DNA of 44,700 nt, counting the filler, from Sphacelaria rigidula (lineage: Eukaryota): the NCBI GenBank assembly GCA_964200075.2. It is 2 parts of 2 records of this genome, joined end to end, with 100 filler letters (N's around TTAATTAATTAA, not from the genome) between each part and the next. Parts side by side here need not be neighbours in the genome. Positions count along the whole stretch, not along the records: positions 22,416 to 44,700 come from CAXNAA020000342.1; 1 more part is not named here. One strand, given 5' to 3'. Position 1 is the first letter of the stretch; each line of letters begins with the position of its first letter. Under the pieces are notes generated by a model, which worked only from the letters and a program-made list of their open reading frames with translations, had not been told where the DNA came from and ran no database searches. Below, one piece after another: positions 23,918-36,200 of this stretch. A program made the position numbers and the translations under genes.

Positions 23918-24482
23918 ATTTCGTCCAGTTGTTCAGTGTTGACTGCCCTTGAGGCCACGGCGTACGGCTGGCCTAGGCTAACGGGACTGTCGTGGAGTCA
24001 GTTGCAACGCGACGTCTGTAAAACGCCTCCGCGTAACCTACTACTATATCCATGTATGCCCCGCTATAAGTTCTCCGCTCCTGTTGGCTATCATTTTCTC
24101 ATCGACTGTTTTTTTTAAATTCAAAATGTTCCAGGTTCAAACTGTGTCGAAACTAGTCGAAACCAACTCAACCTGCGTTTACTTAGTTAGCCCTTTACCA
24201 CTCTCAAGCTCCCCTCACATCTATTCACCAGTTGCTGGAATGGCAATATTAGGCATTATCTGAGGAGTTTCCGCTGTGTCACTTATCTATTTTGACGAGA
24301 ACTTCATGCGTTGCTGCCAGCTCACATGCCGATTGTCACACAACCGCCACGTCCGATGAAGGAGTCGTCATTTTCCAGCCATGTCCGATTCTCATTTTTT
24401 ACCCAGTCACCTGTCGTCGACACAAGATCCCCAAGCCTTTTGCTCTACCTCACTGAAGTACTTTCTCGAGCGTGATCGGCCG

Positions 24483-27400
24483 ATGGGTTTCAAGGCTGCA
24501 GCGTTAGCTGCAGTAATATTGGCAAATGCTACGGTGAGGGGATTCGCGCCGAATGGCTCAACATTCCGCCACGACAGTCGCCACGACAGTCGACCTCTGT
24601 CTTCTTCAAGTTTGCGGACACGGACATCATCTCCCAACAGACGGAGCCAGACGGCACCTGTGTTGAACAGCAACAGCAACAGCAACAGCAACACCGCATC
24701 AAACAAGGTCACCACCCCCACATGGCGGCTTGAACTGGATAACTTAATCAAGGCCGCCTCACCATGGGGTTCGCCGTCGGAGACTGCCATTATTGCCATG
24801 GATTTGTTGAAGGTACGGGTAGCATGTTGCGGAACGACACCGTTCGAATCGACAGAAATATACCGCCGATGGCAGATACAGTGTTGTAGTACAGTACAGT
24901 AGTCATGTAACGTCATTGGTCGAAAGTATCCAAATATTCGCTTTACTCGAACGTCCGCCCTCCGTGACCAACCTCAGCCGCCGAGACGATGGCGCTCTTA
25001 TCCCCTAGTTGTGCCCAACGCACTCCATGACCCAAGACGGGTTTTGAATTGCCATGATCTGAAATAATGGACGTCGCCTGATTTGGTATGATTTCAGAAG
25101 GAGACCGCAACACTTACCCGAAGGAGAGGCAGCGGGGTTCGCTACCTAGCGTCTCTATCGCATCTTAACAGCAGTATCGGACCGAGACCATCCACTCCTA
25201 CTGTACTAGTAGAACAAGGCAATGAGTTTTTTTTCATCTGCTGTATGTGCATGTTGTAACCGCTGTTTATGGTACTGAGCTACAGAGACTGCCGGAGGTT
25301 GCTGAAGACGTCACCGATGCTGCCAGGCGTGGCACTCTGGTGTCAGAAGTGGTTCTAGGAGAAGACACTGAGGCTCGCTTGACCATCGACGGCTTGAGAG
25401 CAGTGAATCAACAGTTGCGAAAAGACATTGTACCTCAGGTAAGCAGATACTCGCTTTTGCGATGATTCGCCTCACTTTACTCGCAGGGTCAGGCCATTAA
25501 CGGGTATCGAGTCTCCAAATGAGCAGCAACAACTCGTTGGCACATATGCTACCCTTGAAACTCAGCGCTTGGACACTGAGTCTTTTGATTTGCCGCGGTT
25601 GCCAAATGCACGTACGGGTACTTTTGGCTGCTTCCTTTTCGACCACGACCTGGACAAATTATGACAAGATGACCCGGGTGTCCGAGTCGGTAACGTAATA
25701 CTGCACTGTTCACTCACAAGCCCAAAATTATGACAAAATCAGGCGTAAAATGATCCATACGACATCGTGCACGGTGTAACGTGATCATTCATCATTTTAT
25801 CCCAGCCAGCGTGCCCATCCACCCGCCCAGTATGACCAGGCCAGGCATGTGTGTATATATATATATATATATATTTACAAAACATTAGCGAATTCCTTCG
25901 CTAAAAAACTCATCTCGACAACAATTGAAGAATATCGTTGGAGGCTCTTGTTGTATGGCGAGTCAGCGGATAAATTATTGCTGACATCAACAGGCATTGG
26001 AGTCCGCTCCTCGTGTGGCAAAGGCTGCTTCTGAATCGCTCCTGCAACAGAGGCCCTCGGTTGGAGCTGCAGCAGGAACTCCCAGAGCGAAGCGTGGGGG
26101 TGGCCGCACAGGCCCCATGGAAGGTGTTGCAGAAACCCTCTATCAAATCCGTTCGGTTGCGAAGAAGTTGAGACCCAAGGAGCTTCGGGAGAGTTTAGAA
26201 GCTGTGAGAACGGAAGCGATCAACGTCGTGAGCAGGTGGGCATCTGTGCAAATCGTCATGTTGAGGAGTCTTGTACTGCTAGTTGCCAGCCATTGGTGCT
26301 GTTCACACCAAATAATCCCTCATGAATATTGAGCTGCTCAGGAGAAAATAGCCACCACTGTAGCTTGCGAAGGTTCATCGGGTCTCCATCTCTACTGGAG
26401 ACGTAATGAAGATGACAACAAGAAAGAGTAGCAACGTGGTTTGAGAACCCCCAGGATTTCAAGCACTCAAATGTTACCAAATTGAAACCCCCCCGGACAA
26501 CAAACCGAAACATGCCGCTATTTTTGAAAAGTACAAGTGTAGTTGCGGATAAGGGTCCAGGCGCAGGATCTTGGTGAGGTCCCGTCATCTTGTTCCCCAC
26601 AACATGCAAACACAAGGCTACTCTACCATGCTGTAGTGTCGAATTGTTTTGTTCCGTGAATGGTCAACTTATCGCTGTGCACTTTCTGTATTGACCTTAT
26701 AATGAAGGGTAGGTTCCATCCCCCCCACAAAGGCCATGATATTGAGTGATACGCCCTCTACAATCATTGGTCCGTTACAACAGTGGGAACAACCTTGTCG
26801 GTTCTTACCATATTCCGACCGCTGATCCACATGAATATTTTGCACTCGTAGTGTCAGCATGAGCCGGTTTTCGGGTTAAACAATCATGTGCTGCAGGACG
26901 CCGGAAGGGTTGTACAGCCCGGAGTACAGTGTGGTGGACGAGAGGGACGGTTTCGAGGTGCGGCGGTACTCTTCCTACGCAATTTGTTCAGCACCCATGA
27001 CTGGTGAGTCGACATCAAATCTCCAGCTCAAGGTATGATACCGTGTGCATTTTTCATGCTCGTAATATCAAGAGTTGGGGTATAGAAGTGTGTGACGCAC
27101 CGTATCTGCGGTATTTGCTCGGTGTAAACTGACGGTGGGAAAAGCGTGAGCTTCACAACTATCAGTTGTTCAGATGTCCCGACTGTCGATGTACCTTGTC
27201 ATCTTTTCCTTCGTTCGTTGTTCAATTTCACAGGTACCACAACGTCATATGTGCAAAACGATGACAATGAAGATGAAGGGCCATCTGGGATACGCGATAC
27301 AATCTCTGGATCGGGCGAGGGATTCAACACCTTGGCCGGTTACCTCTTCGGAAACAACACTGCAGAGCGTGCGATGTCCATGACTACACCGGTCAACATC

Positions 27401-28848
27401 GACGTGAGCCCACAGACCAGGTACAGCATCAAGCAATGTCATATCGTGCCTTGACACTCCCGCCCGAACGGCATCCAATGCGTGCGTTTAGCGCACTTCT
27501 AGCCTCAACGATGAGCGTAATATCCCTCGTGTGCTGCTCATGTTGGCGAACGTGCTAATAAGGCTTCGCGTATGTTGCGTTTATGCTGGTATTCATTTTC
27601 CTGTTGTCGATATCAGGACAATGTCCTTCATCATGCCCAAGGACGTCCCGGCTGGAGAGGCTCCAGCACCAAATGACCCGCGTATAGGCGTGAGCGATGT
27701 GGACGACGGAGAGACTCTGGCCGTCAAGGAATTTTACGGTATAATGCTTTGATTCCAGCTTGTAATGAACCAATGTAAAAGCAACGGAGCCTCATAACAC
27801 GGTGGAGCCTCATGACGCTGACAGCGGACGACGTCTCCTTCATTGTTGTTGAATTTTTCGCCCTAGTCACTCACAGGACGTTGTTTTGTTGCATGTTACT
27901 TGAATGTCACAGCTTTCTGAGACTGCGGTCTGCTGTCCCTGTCACACTTCCACTTACGCACCAATCGATCGTACCGTGGTCTGTTGCCTGGTTGTCTTCA
28001 TTTGTCAATGTTGTCTTCAACATGGTGTGCCGGTGCCTTCAGGATTTGCGACGGACGGAGAGGTGAAACGACAATTGGATGCGCTGTTGCAAGCCCTGGA
28101 GGCTTCTCAGTCGAAACCTCGAGACGACACCGCTTCTGGGACAGGAGGTGTAGGACCGAATGTGTTTACTTTTTTCATGCCTTGTTGGGTCGGGTGTAGT
28201 CGATTCAAGTCACTGTGGATACACATACGTGAATGTCTGCTCAGGTCTTGATTCGAACTCGGCCGTAAAGTAACTAATAGCGTCCCACACTCCGATCGGC
28301 GAGCTGGACCATCACGCAACAGAAATGAAAGCTGTCAAGACTCACTCGATCATCCTAAGCTCCGATCTTTGAGAAGTTTCACAGTCTGGATTACTGAACG
28401 AATCACGAGGGAATGCAGAGATCCATTCCGGTATGTCACTTCCGACTGAGAAATGTGGTGGACTCCGCGACTACTTGGGCACACCGCTCCTTGTACATGC
28501 CGTACGAAACTCGGAAGGTGGATAATGAGATGATGAGATCTTCCACTAGCGAGATAGTCTACCGAAACAAACATGAATTGACATTTGACACCCTGTTTAT
28601 TTTCCATTTCGTTGGATACGATTGTTCGTGTGTGCCCAGGAGAACGTCCAACTTGGCGTGCGGAAGACCCTAGCGGGATGTCGTATCGTCTGATGCAGTT
28701 CAATCCCCCGTACACCCTGCCCTGGCTGAGGACGAACGCTATTGCCGTCAAAGTTTCCAAAGAGCAAGACTTGTCTAGCTCTCGGGTGCCATCAGAACCC
28801 ATGTCTCCTGTTTCAGACCCTGTGGATGTGTCTTCCTCATTCCAGTAG
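24483..28848 (+). CDS. SOUL/heme-binding family protein, 8 exons, 484 aa, bipartite plastid-targeting presequence
   Basis: Exons 24483-24812, 25286-25438, 25994-26235, 26897-27003, 27234-27420, 27617-27738, 28043-28147, 28640-28848 are all GT-AG with compatible phases (1455 nt). SOUL motifs: PEYSVV..FEVRRY, GFNTLAGYLFGNN..MSMTTPV, TMSFIMP..AP.PND, QFNPPYTLPWLRTNAI. The N-terminus MGFKAAALAAVILANATVRG-FAP is a signal peptide plus ASAFAP-like motif. Confidence 0.92.
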
Positions 28849-30216
28849 TGCGTACCTCATTCACATTGAAGTACATCCCCACCTTTTCAAAGCTACCAAA
28901 TAGTGTGCGAACTGTTGTAGCCATAGTGAGGTAATTGTGCCACAGAATGACGCAGAGGACTCTCTGTTTTTGCCGCAGCAAGCTTGCAGGTGCATACGTG
29001 CTGCAGCTGTATCTAGTGATGTATGGATGCACGGTTGGGGCCGCATGTTGCATTTTTGGATGGCGCAAGCACGTCCAATTAGTAATATCGTAGCAAAGAT
29101 GGGATGTGTGAGCCTATTGACACCTTGTCCCTCTACAAGTCGGGTACTACAGCATCGACAGACGTTGCATCTGCTGTATGTCGTGGGATAATTTGAACGT
29201 GAGATGGAAATTTTCGCCCCCTGAAAGTATCCCCCCCCCCCGGTCGACTATGACATCTCATTGCTCAACATTATGTGCCTGTCAGTGTCCTGGTGCCACC
29301 CCTTCCGGGCAAAACAATCGTTTGGTTGCGAGTCTAGGGTGTACACGCAAGGCATGGAGTACAAAAGTGAGTTTGAGTAGAAAATAGTCTATTTCTGTCG
29401 TGCTCTCATCTTGTTCTGGGATTGTGGCGTGAATCCGTTTGTACCTTTCTGTATCTTGATGTGTCGTGAGGGGATTTCTCGGGGTGTGCCTCATGCCATG
29501 CCATGCCATGCCATTCTCGTGGCATTTGTGTTTTTTTCGTGAGTTTCCCGTACTCTGCTGTTGAGCCTGTTGACCAGCGCTCGTTCGGTTGGGTATTGTG
29601 CATGCAGTGTGTGTCGATATGTCGGCATTGGTCAAACAGGGGAGGGAGGAATTGTGTACGGATGGATATTGATACCTCAAGTGTGTACCAGGTGTCGAAA
29701 AATTAAACGTGTGTAGTGCAGCAACGTTACAGGGCAGACGGTGTATGTTCCGTGGGTTAGCGGACGATATATGTTCCGTGGATTTTGATGCGTCGGGTGG
29801 CCGACGTGAGTATGGGTGCACAATGGAGGTGGAGGAGGTGTAAATATCGTATCTTTGAAATGGAAGTTGATTGGTTCATACTCTCCTCGATCGTCAACCC
29901 ATAAACGTTTTTTTTTTTACATGATCGGCGAGATACGTGCTCCCAAGCACGGGCAGCCCCACCGCTGGCCCGTTCGACGAAAGAGAGTCCATTTTGTATA
30001 TAACCAGAACACACCAAAGTTTACTCGGGAAATCATGCATCGATCCCCCACGGTTGATATAACTCAAGTGTTTGTAGGTAAACAAGCACATCTCCCCACG
30101 CGGCTCCCAGCCACGCAAGTACGTCTGCAGTGCATCAGTTTGTCCCTCCCTGCTTTTGCCCCGTCTGCATTTCTGGCCGGGCTCATATTCCGCTGGCCCG
30201 AAAGATGCACGACTCA

Positions 30217-33200
30217 TTATTCAAGATTGAGTAGACGTTTTCCTCTCTTGTTTCCTGCCATGATCTCTCGCACTAGAGGGACCTGCAGTCACGATGGGAC
30301 GAACAAACGCACCAAGGGCAAGAGACACCGCCGTGTAGACATTTCGCCAGCGCTTACACCGCTTACATCGTCGGGTGAATCATCTGGGTCTTGCATTCAT
30401 TTTCCATGTGGACATGATACCGAATCAACAAATGTTCCACTGGCAATTGAAGGGTTGAAAAAAACGTACCAGCAGATTGATGGAAACCTCAAGCGGAGAA
30501 GATTCAGCTCACAACAATTCAGAAGGCGTTCGAGTGAGTTGTGCGCCACAGAACATCGTGCTTGCGTGAGTCTTGAGCGACAGAGTTCATGGCATGCCTT
30601 TGAGCTGGTCCACGTCCGCGCTCAACATTCGGCACACACACACACTTTTCGTACTGTCGGTCTTATCACGCGACGAACGGCCATCCTTCATCGCACACCG
30701 GAAGCGAGGACAGATGAGCATGCGGCTTGGTTTGCACGTATTCGGCCACGAACCAAAGAGAGGTGATGCTCACCTGGCGTCCCCACGCCAAAACAGTAAC
30801 AACGCCCTTTCGTCCCGCCCTAGCAGTCCTGCCCACCCTTCGCATGTACTCGATAGGATCTCGGGGGAAGTCGTACAAGAGAACGTGCTCCACCTGGAAA
30901 AACACCGCACAGCACCATGTTATCGTACGTTCCGAATGTAATGCTCCGAAAGAAACACGAGTCATGCATTTCTTCGGGTCCTCGGCGTACCACAAAGTTC
31001 GCATACGGTTTTCCCCATCATGTACTGTAATGTACTCCAACCGTGTCTCTTTTGGGGTAGGGGTGAACACCGTTGCTTTGAGGTCGCAACTCTAGACACG
31101 ACTGCTGTCCTGCCTTTGCTGCTCTGAGATGCCCATCTTTGGACGCTCGCATATGTCCACGAAACAGTGGCAGAGGTGGTTATCACTACGGTCAGACCTG
31201 ATACCAAATCTGTTTGTTGTCACTCACCTGTATGACCCGACCCGTCTACAAATAATCTCGGCCCCATTAAACCGAAACGTCATTCCGGACCCGTCAACCC
31301 CGCGATCGTCATCCTCCAATCCACATTCCGGGCTATGGTCATGCTCTTCACCGAGAGCGTCTGTCCGACGCCCCACCATCTGTCAGTCATGTCTCTATCC
31401 CCAGCCTTACCTTGCAAAGTTAACCTTGTCCAAGTGCACGTCCCGTCTATACACACACCGTTCCGCTACACCGAGGGAGAGGTCATAACCACCACACACC
31501 CCTACCGTCCTAGTTAAGATCAACCACGGCTACTGTCCACAGGCCTGTCTTATATTATGAGGCATACCCGCCTGTTGACCACATACAAAAGAAAAAGAAT
31601 GTGTTATGAGGGAGTGGAATCACATACCTCTGCTCTGTCGAAGTCCATGCCCCTGGACGATCGGTCCGTGCAGACCATCACCATCGGGCTGACTGCATTG
31701 GCTCGCATGAACTGCCGCATGTTCTCCGCAGCCTGAATCGTGGATCAGGTGAGGTCATGCGCAAGGTCAATGGTTGACCCCGATTTTGGTTCAATGATTT
31801 TAGTTCAATAATCATCCTCGTAAGGAAGGTCAAGGGCCAAGACGTGTTGTCATGGGTGCCGTAACCACGTGAGTGGAGACAGTATCTCAGTAGGGTACAC
31901 GACTTACATTGAAGTTGAAGCTACTGGCGCCCGCAGGTGCCTGTTCGTGAAGCTCGTTCGAAGCAAATTAGTTGAACACGGGATAGGCATCATGACGAAA
32001 ATGCCCCAACAGCTCGCCAGCGTGGCACTCGAACCACGTGGCGCCAAGTGACCGCCAGACACAGATGGTTTTCGTATAAAACAGGCCATGTACCAGTGCC
32101 TACGAAACAGCAATGCTGTCTGTAACCACATGCGATTGTACTGGATGACAACGTAAAGCAAAACGATTATTGGCCAAACGCTCTCGTTCGAGCGTGGAGA
32201 CTTGCTGTATTGTTGTACGATGGTATGTATTAAATGTATTTTTGCAGCAGTTACGGATCAGGAGGAGCAGGAGAAAACAAAGGCACAGCAGCGGACTCTT
32301 GAGCAAGACGGTCACGGCGCACAAAACTCTCACCTGCTTGGGGTCGATTGCCGAGTGATAGACTAGGGTCTTGAACTGTCCCCTTTTGCTGTTACGCGTG
32401 AGAATGTTCTCCACCTGTTCGATCCAGCACCATCGCCAAGCAGCAGCACCACAGCATCACAGCGCCGTGAGCGCAAACGGACCGAAGTGCATCATTAGCA
32501 GCTCAGGATTGTACATCGTTACTCGCGCGTTTATCTCACGTGTACCGCTACTGATAAGTTCATATGAACCATGTACGCGTCAAATATCACCATCCCACCA
32601 TCCTATCGCGCCGCCAGGGTCGATGAGATGTATGCCAGTGGCGGGGTTTGTGTGGCTTGGTTTTTACGTGTCAATACTCTCGCAGTAGATACACGATACC
32701 CGAGTAAAATGCCTCCAGGTCAACGGGCTATGGGGAAAAGACTTGCCTGTCTGCAGGTGTGGATAGTGTTGCAGAAGACGAGCGTTCGAAGGGCCATTCG
32801 CCTCTCCAGTTGTCTTAGCAAGGCATCGCGTTTCCGGAACAAACCAGTCTCCTCGTTCTTAGGTTCGTCTGGAGGCCCACTGCAGTCGATCAGCACCTGC
32901 TCGTTGTTGCCATCATCACAACCATCATCGTCACGATCATCATTATCATCAACATGTGCGCAGACATGGACAATCCCCGCGAAGCAACAATAATAGTGAC
33001 CACCTCTTCCGGCGGAACAGACGCATGACATACTTCACACACATGACATACTTCCAAGTGTAATTTAAAGAAAGGAACAAACGCCCTAGATCCTACCACA
33101 TGTTATTCTGGCGACGATGCTGTGAGTGCGGAAACGTGCGTCAGACAAAAGCGGTCTGAAAACTAGTGGATGCGAGAACTCACGACCCGGGGGCCTTACT

Positions 33201-36200
33201 CGGGGGTGGCGTTCAGCGCATGGGTGTTACACCGTGTCCCATACGCTACATCTTTGAGGGCTGCACTACAGTTTCGGGGGAAAGCCATAATAATACGAGC
33301 AGCAGATATGTGTGTCCCTGTCAACCTCAAACGCCCCTTCCATACTTCGTCCTCACTGAAAAGTTTGAGATGAATAAGGACAGCGCCACCACTCAGCGTC
33401 TTATGACGTCAGAGTTACGGGTTCACCTCAAACCCATCGTCTATCCTGTTTCACAGGGTGTCTCACGTACTCACATGGCGATATTCGTTTGTACTCACCT
33501 CCTCTATGCCAGGCGCTACGCGGTGCAATCCCGGCCCAAGCAGGAACTTAGTCCCTGGAAACTCGTTCTTCACCATGTCCGATACGCTCTGTTAAAATAA
33601 AAGTAGTTCACGCAACACACACATACACATTTACATATGTATATGTTGCACTGCACAACCGGAATACAAAACATGACGATGCCCACCTTTCAACACGTGA
33701 CACCTTATCAACCCTTTCAACGCATGTGATTTTGTCCCGAGATTTTGTCTGCTGGTAGTTCCACGAGTTGTTGGAGGGTGACATTTGTAGGCTTGATAGA
33801 CAATAGAATGTTATGGGAGCTTCGCGGGAGTATTTCCAAAGAAAAAAATAAATGCAGTTAGACGTGGAGCAGCCTTTCGTCATGCTCGATTCAGGGATTG
33901 AGGGATTGAGGGATCGAGGGACAGTAGTGTATATTTTTCTTGTGTTGAGTCTAAAATGACTAAAATTACCCGTCCACTGCGTGTTGTGATATCTTCGTGC
34001 ATGCATGGCCACTTGCACGACTGGCGCGATCACTGCTGATAGTCTACCTTCTCGTATAATTCAGATACGGCAATATGCTGCTGGCCGCGGCTTCTGCACG
34101 ACAAAGTATAACGCGCGGCATGTGCGTGGCAACCGCTTTTTCTGCGCAGAAACTGTCTCTGCACCAAAAATGGGCACTGCGACGCCTTTCCCCTTTCAAA
34201 GCCTGTCCGTCGAATGACCAACTAGCGGTCCGAGCAGCAAGCGTAAATGACAAAGGCATTGGCAAATAATCAAGATACCTAACTCACATATCAAAAGTAG
34301 CCAGGCGAATGTAGGTGCATGGATGGGCTCGTCCTGTATTTCAGCCCGGCTAGGAGATGATACTTGATACGTTTTACCAAAGCTGCATTTACCATGTTGG
34401 CGGTCACCGTGAAAACTAGGCACTGGGCCCACAGATAGGGGCAAGATTTATGAGTTGCAAAGTTTCTCGATCAGTCAGAGTCTCTAAATACACCAAAATG
34501 CGGTGACCTTTCTTCAACCAGATGAGAGATGTTAGTAGCAGGTAGGTCAAAAAGCAGGTTTTATTGGTCCAGACATTGCGCCGCTGCGACACAGACAGCT
34601 GCTACCGGCAATATACGAGGATACAGCAACTCCGTGCTGGCTCAGTTTGTTTGTCCCAACCTGCACACACCCGCCTGGCGTGTCTTCCCCGATCACAGCA
34701 CCCGGCTATAACTGGAGTTGCAGAGAAGACTCAACAGACAGCTGTACAGCCGTCACGTGACGATTGTTTCAACGTTTCTTTGTTTTGACAGCACCTTGCC
34801 CCACCCCATTTCTGTGCAGCCCGAAACACGGCATGCAGCAGTACAACTGCTCAGGCACTCTCCAGTGCACATCGCACCGTCATCGTCGTAAAGTGTTTAA
34901 ATGCCCAACAGCACAGCGAAAATTGCAGCATAGAAATCATGGGTTTGGGGAGCGCCTTATTCCTTTGACTCGAGACGAAACAGCCAACACACCATGGACG
35001 TTTCAACGGTGTGTAGAAAGCACGGCGTGCCGACAACATTATTTTTCAGAGAGACGAACGGCATGACAATATAAAGCAACTCAGGCACTCCCAGCGGAGA
35101 TCAAACCGTCTCCACGAAGGCCTGCGAATACGCCACGGCGCAGCGACGCCTACAGCACAAGACAGAGCATGAGTGTGTTTGTGCTGCAGCACAGTGGTAC
35201 AGGACATATCCCATTCGATAGTTCTTTCCCTGATTTCGGGTGGGTCCCCGACTTTCGCCCAGCGGCGTTTTATAAACGCTCGGCCATAATCGCGCTTCGC
35301 GCGAAGATATTTTAATTCACTTTGAGTTTACCCCTATCTGTGGGAGATGAGCCGAAAACTAGTAGCAACTTGTCTCACAATTTTCACGGGTGCAGTGTGG
35401 AAAGACACAAACACCTCTCTATTTCGAATCCGCAAGCTCGCTTTCTTGTACAACAATTCATGCAAGGATGAACACGAGGACACTATGTCACATAATTTTG
35501 CAAACATGGTGTAAGTAGTACAGGCTGCTGCCATATCACCATACCCAATAGACACGAATACAAGCTCAAGGGTGGAGCACGGTGCCATACCACACGGTGA
35601 CGGACACCATGACACGGCATGTTTCTAGCTACACTCTCACGTGACGGACAGGCACCATGATGTTGGTCACACCTAGGGCAAGGTTGCAGTGACAACAATG
35701 CTGTGGCCATTTTTCAAAACGACGGGTGTTTCACCGCCAAGAAAAACTGGATACACATGATGGTTTCAGTGTGGTCCACAAACTAGACAACTGGAATCGC
35801 GCCGCTTCATGTCATACTCCATGGGGCACACCTGGGGTAGGGTAGCGGTGACAAAGATGAATTGAGTGTCGTCGGGAGCGCAGGTTCCGATAGGAGCGAG
35901 CTTAAACGTCTCGTCCACGAACAGCACGTCCACCTGGACACACATTCCGGGGCAACATTCAGCCGGGGAAGCACGCATACATCAACATCATACATCATAT
36001 ACCCTATCAAAACCGAACAAGTCGAAGCGTCAAGACAGAGAGACGAGCATCAACATGTCAGTATCCATCATGGCGCAGTCGGCGAGTGGTGCCTCCCCAT
36101 CGTCGGAATCACGACTCTCCATAAAGGTAATGAAGGTGATGAAGGTGATGCACATACCGGAGACGGTCAGGTATCTTCATCAGGTACCATCCGTATTGTT

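Noticed and set aside
29816..30766. 316-aa plus-strand ORF
   Set aside because: It starts at GTG, has no recognisable domain, and lies antisense to the helicase last exon, intron and 3' UTR.
34427..35344. 14-bp inverted repeat CCCACAGATAGGGG about 900 bp apart
   Set aside because: No TSD and little extension; more likely two opposite-orientation relics of one repeat than TIRs.
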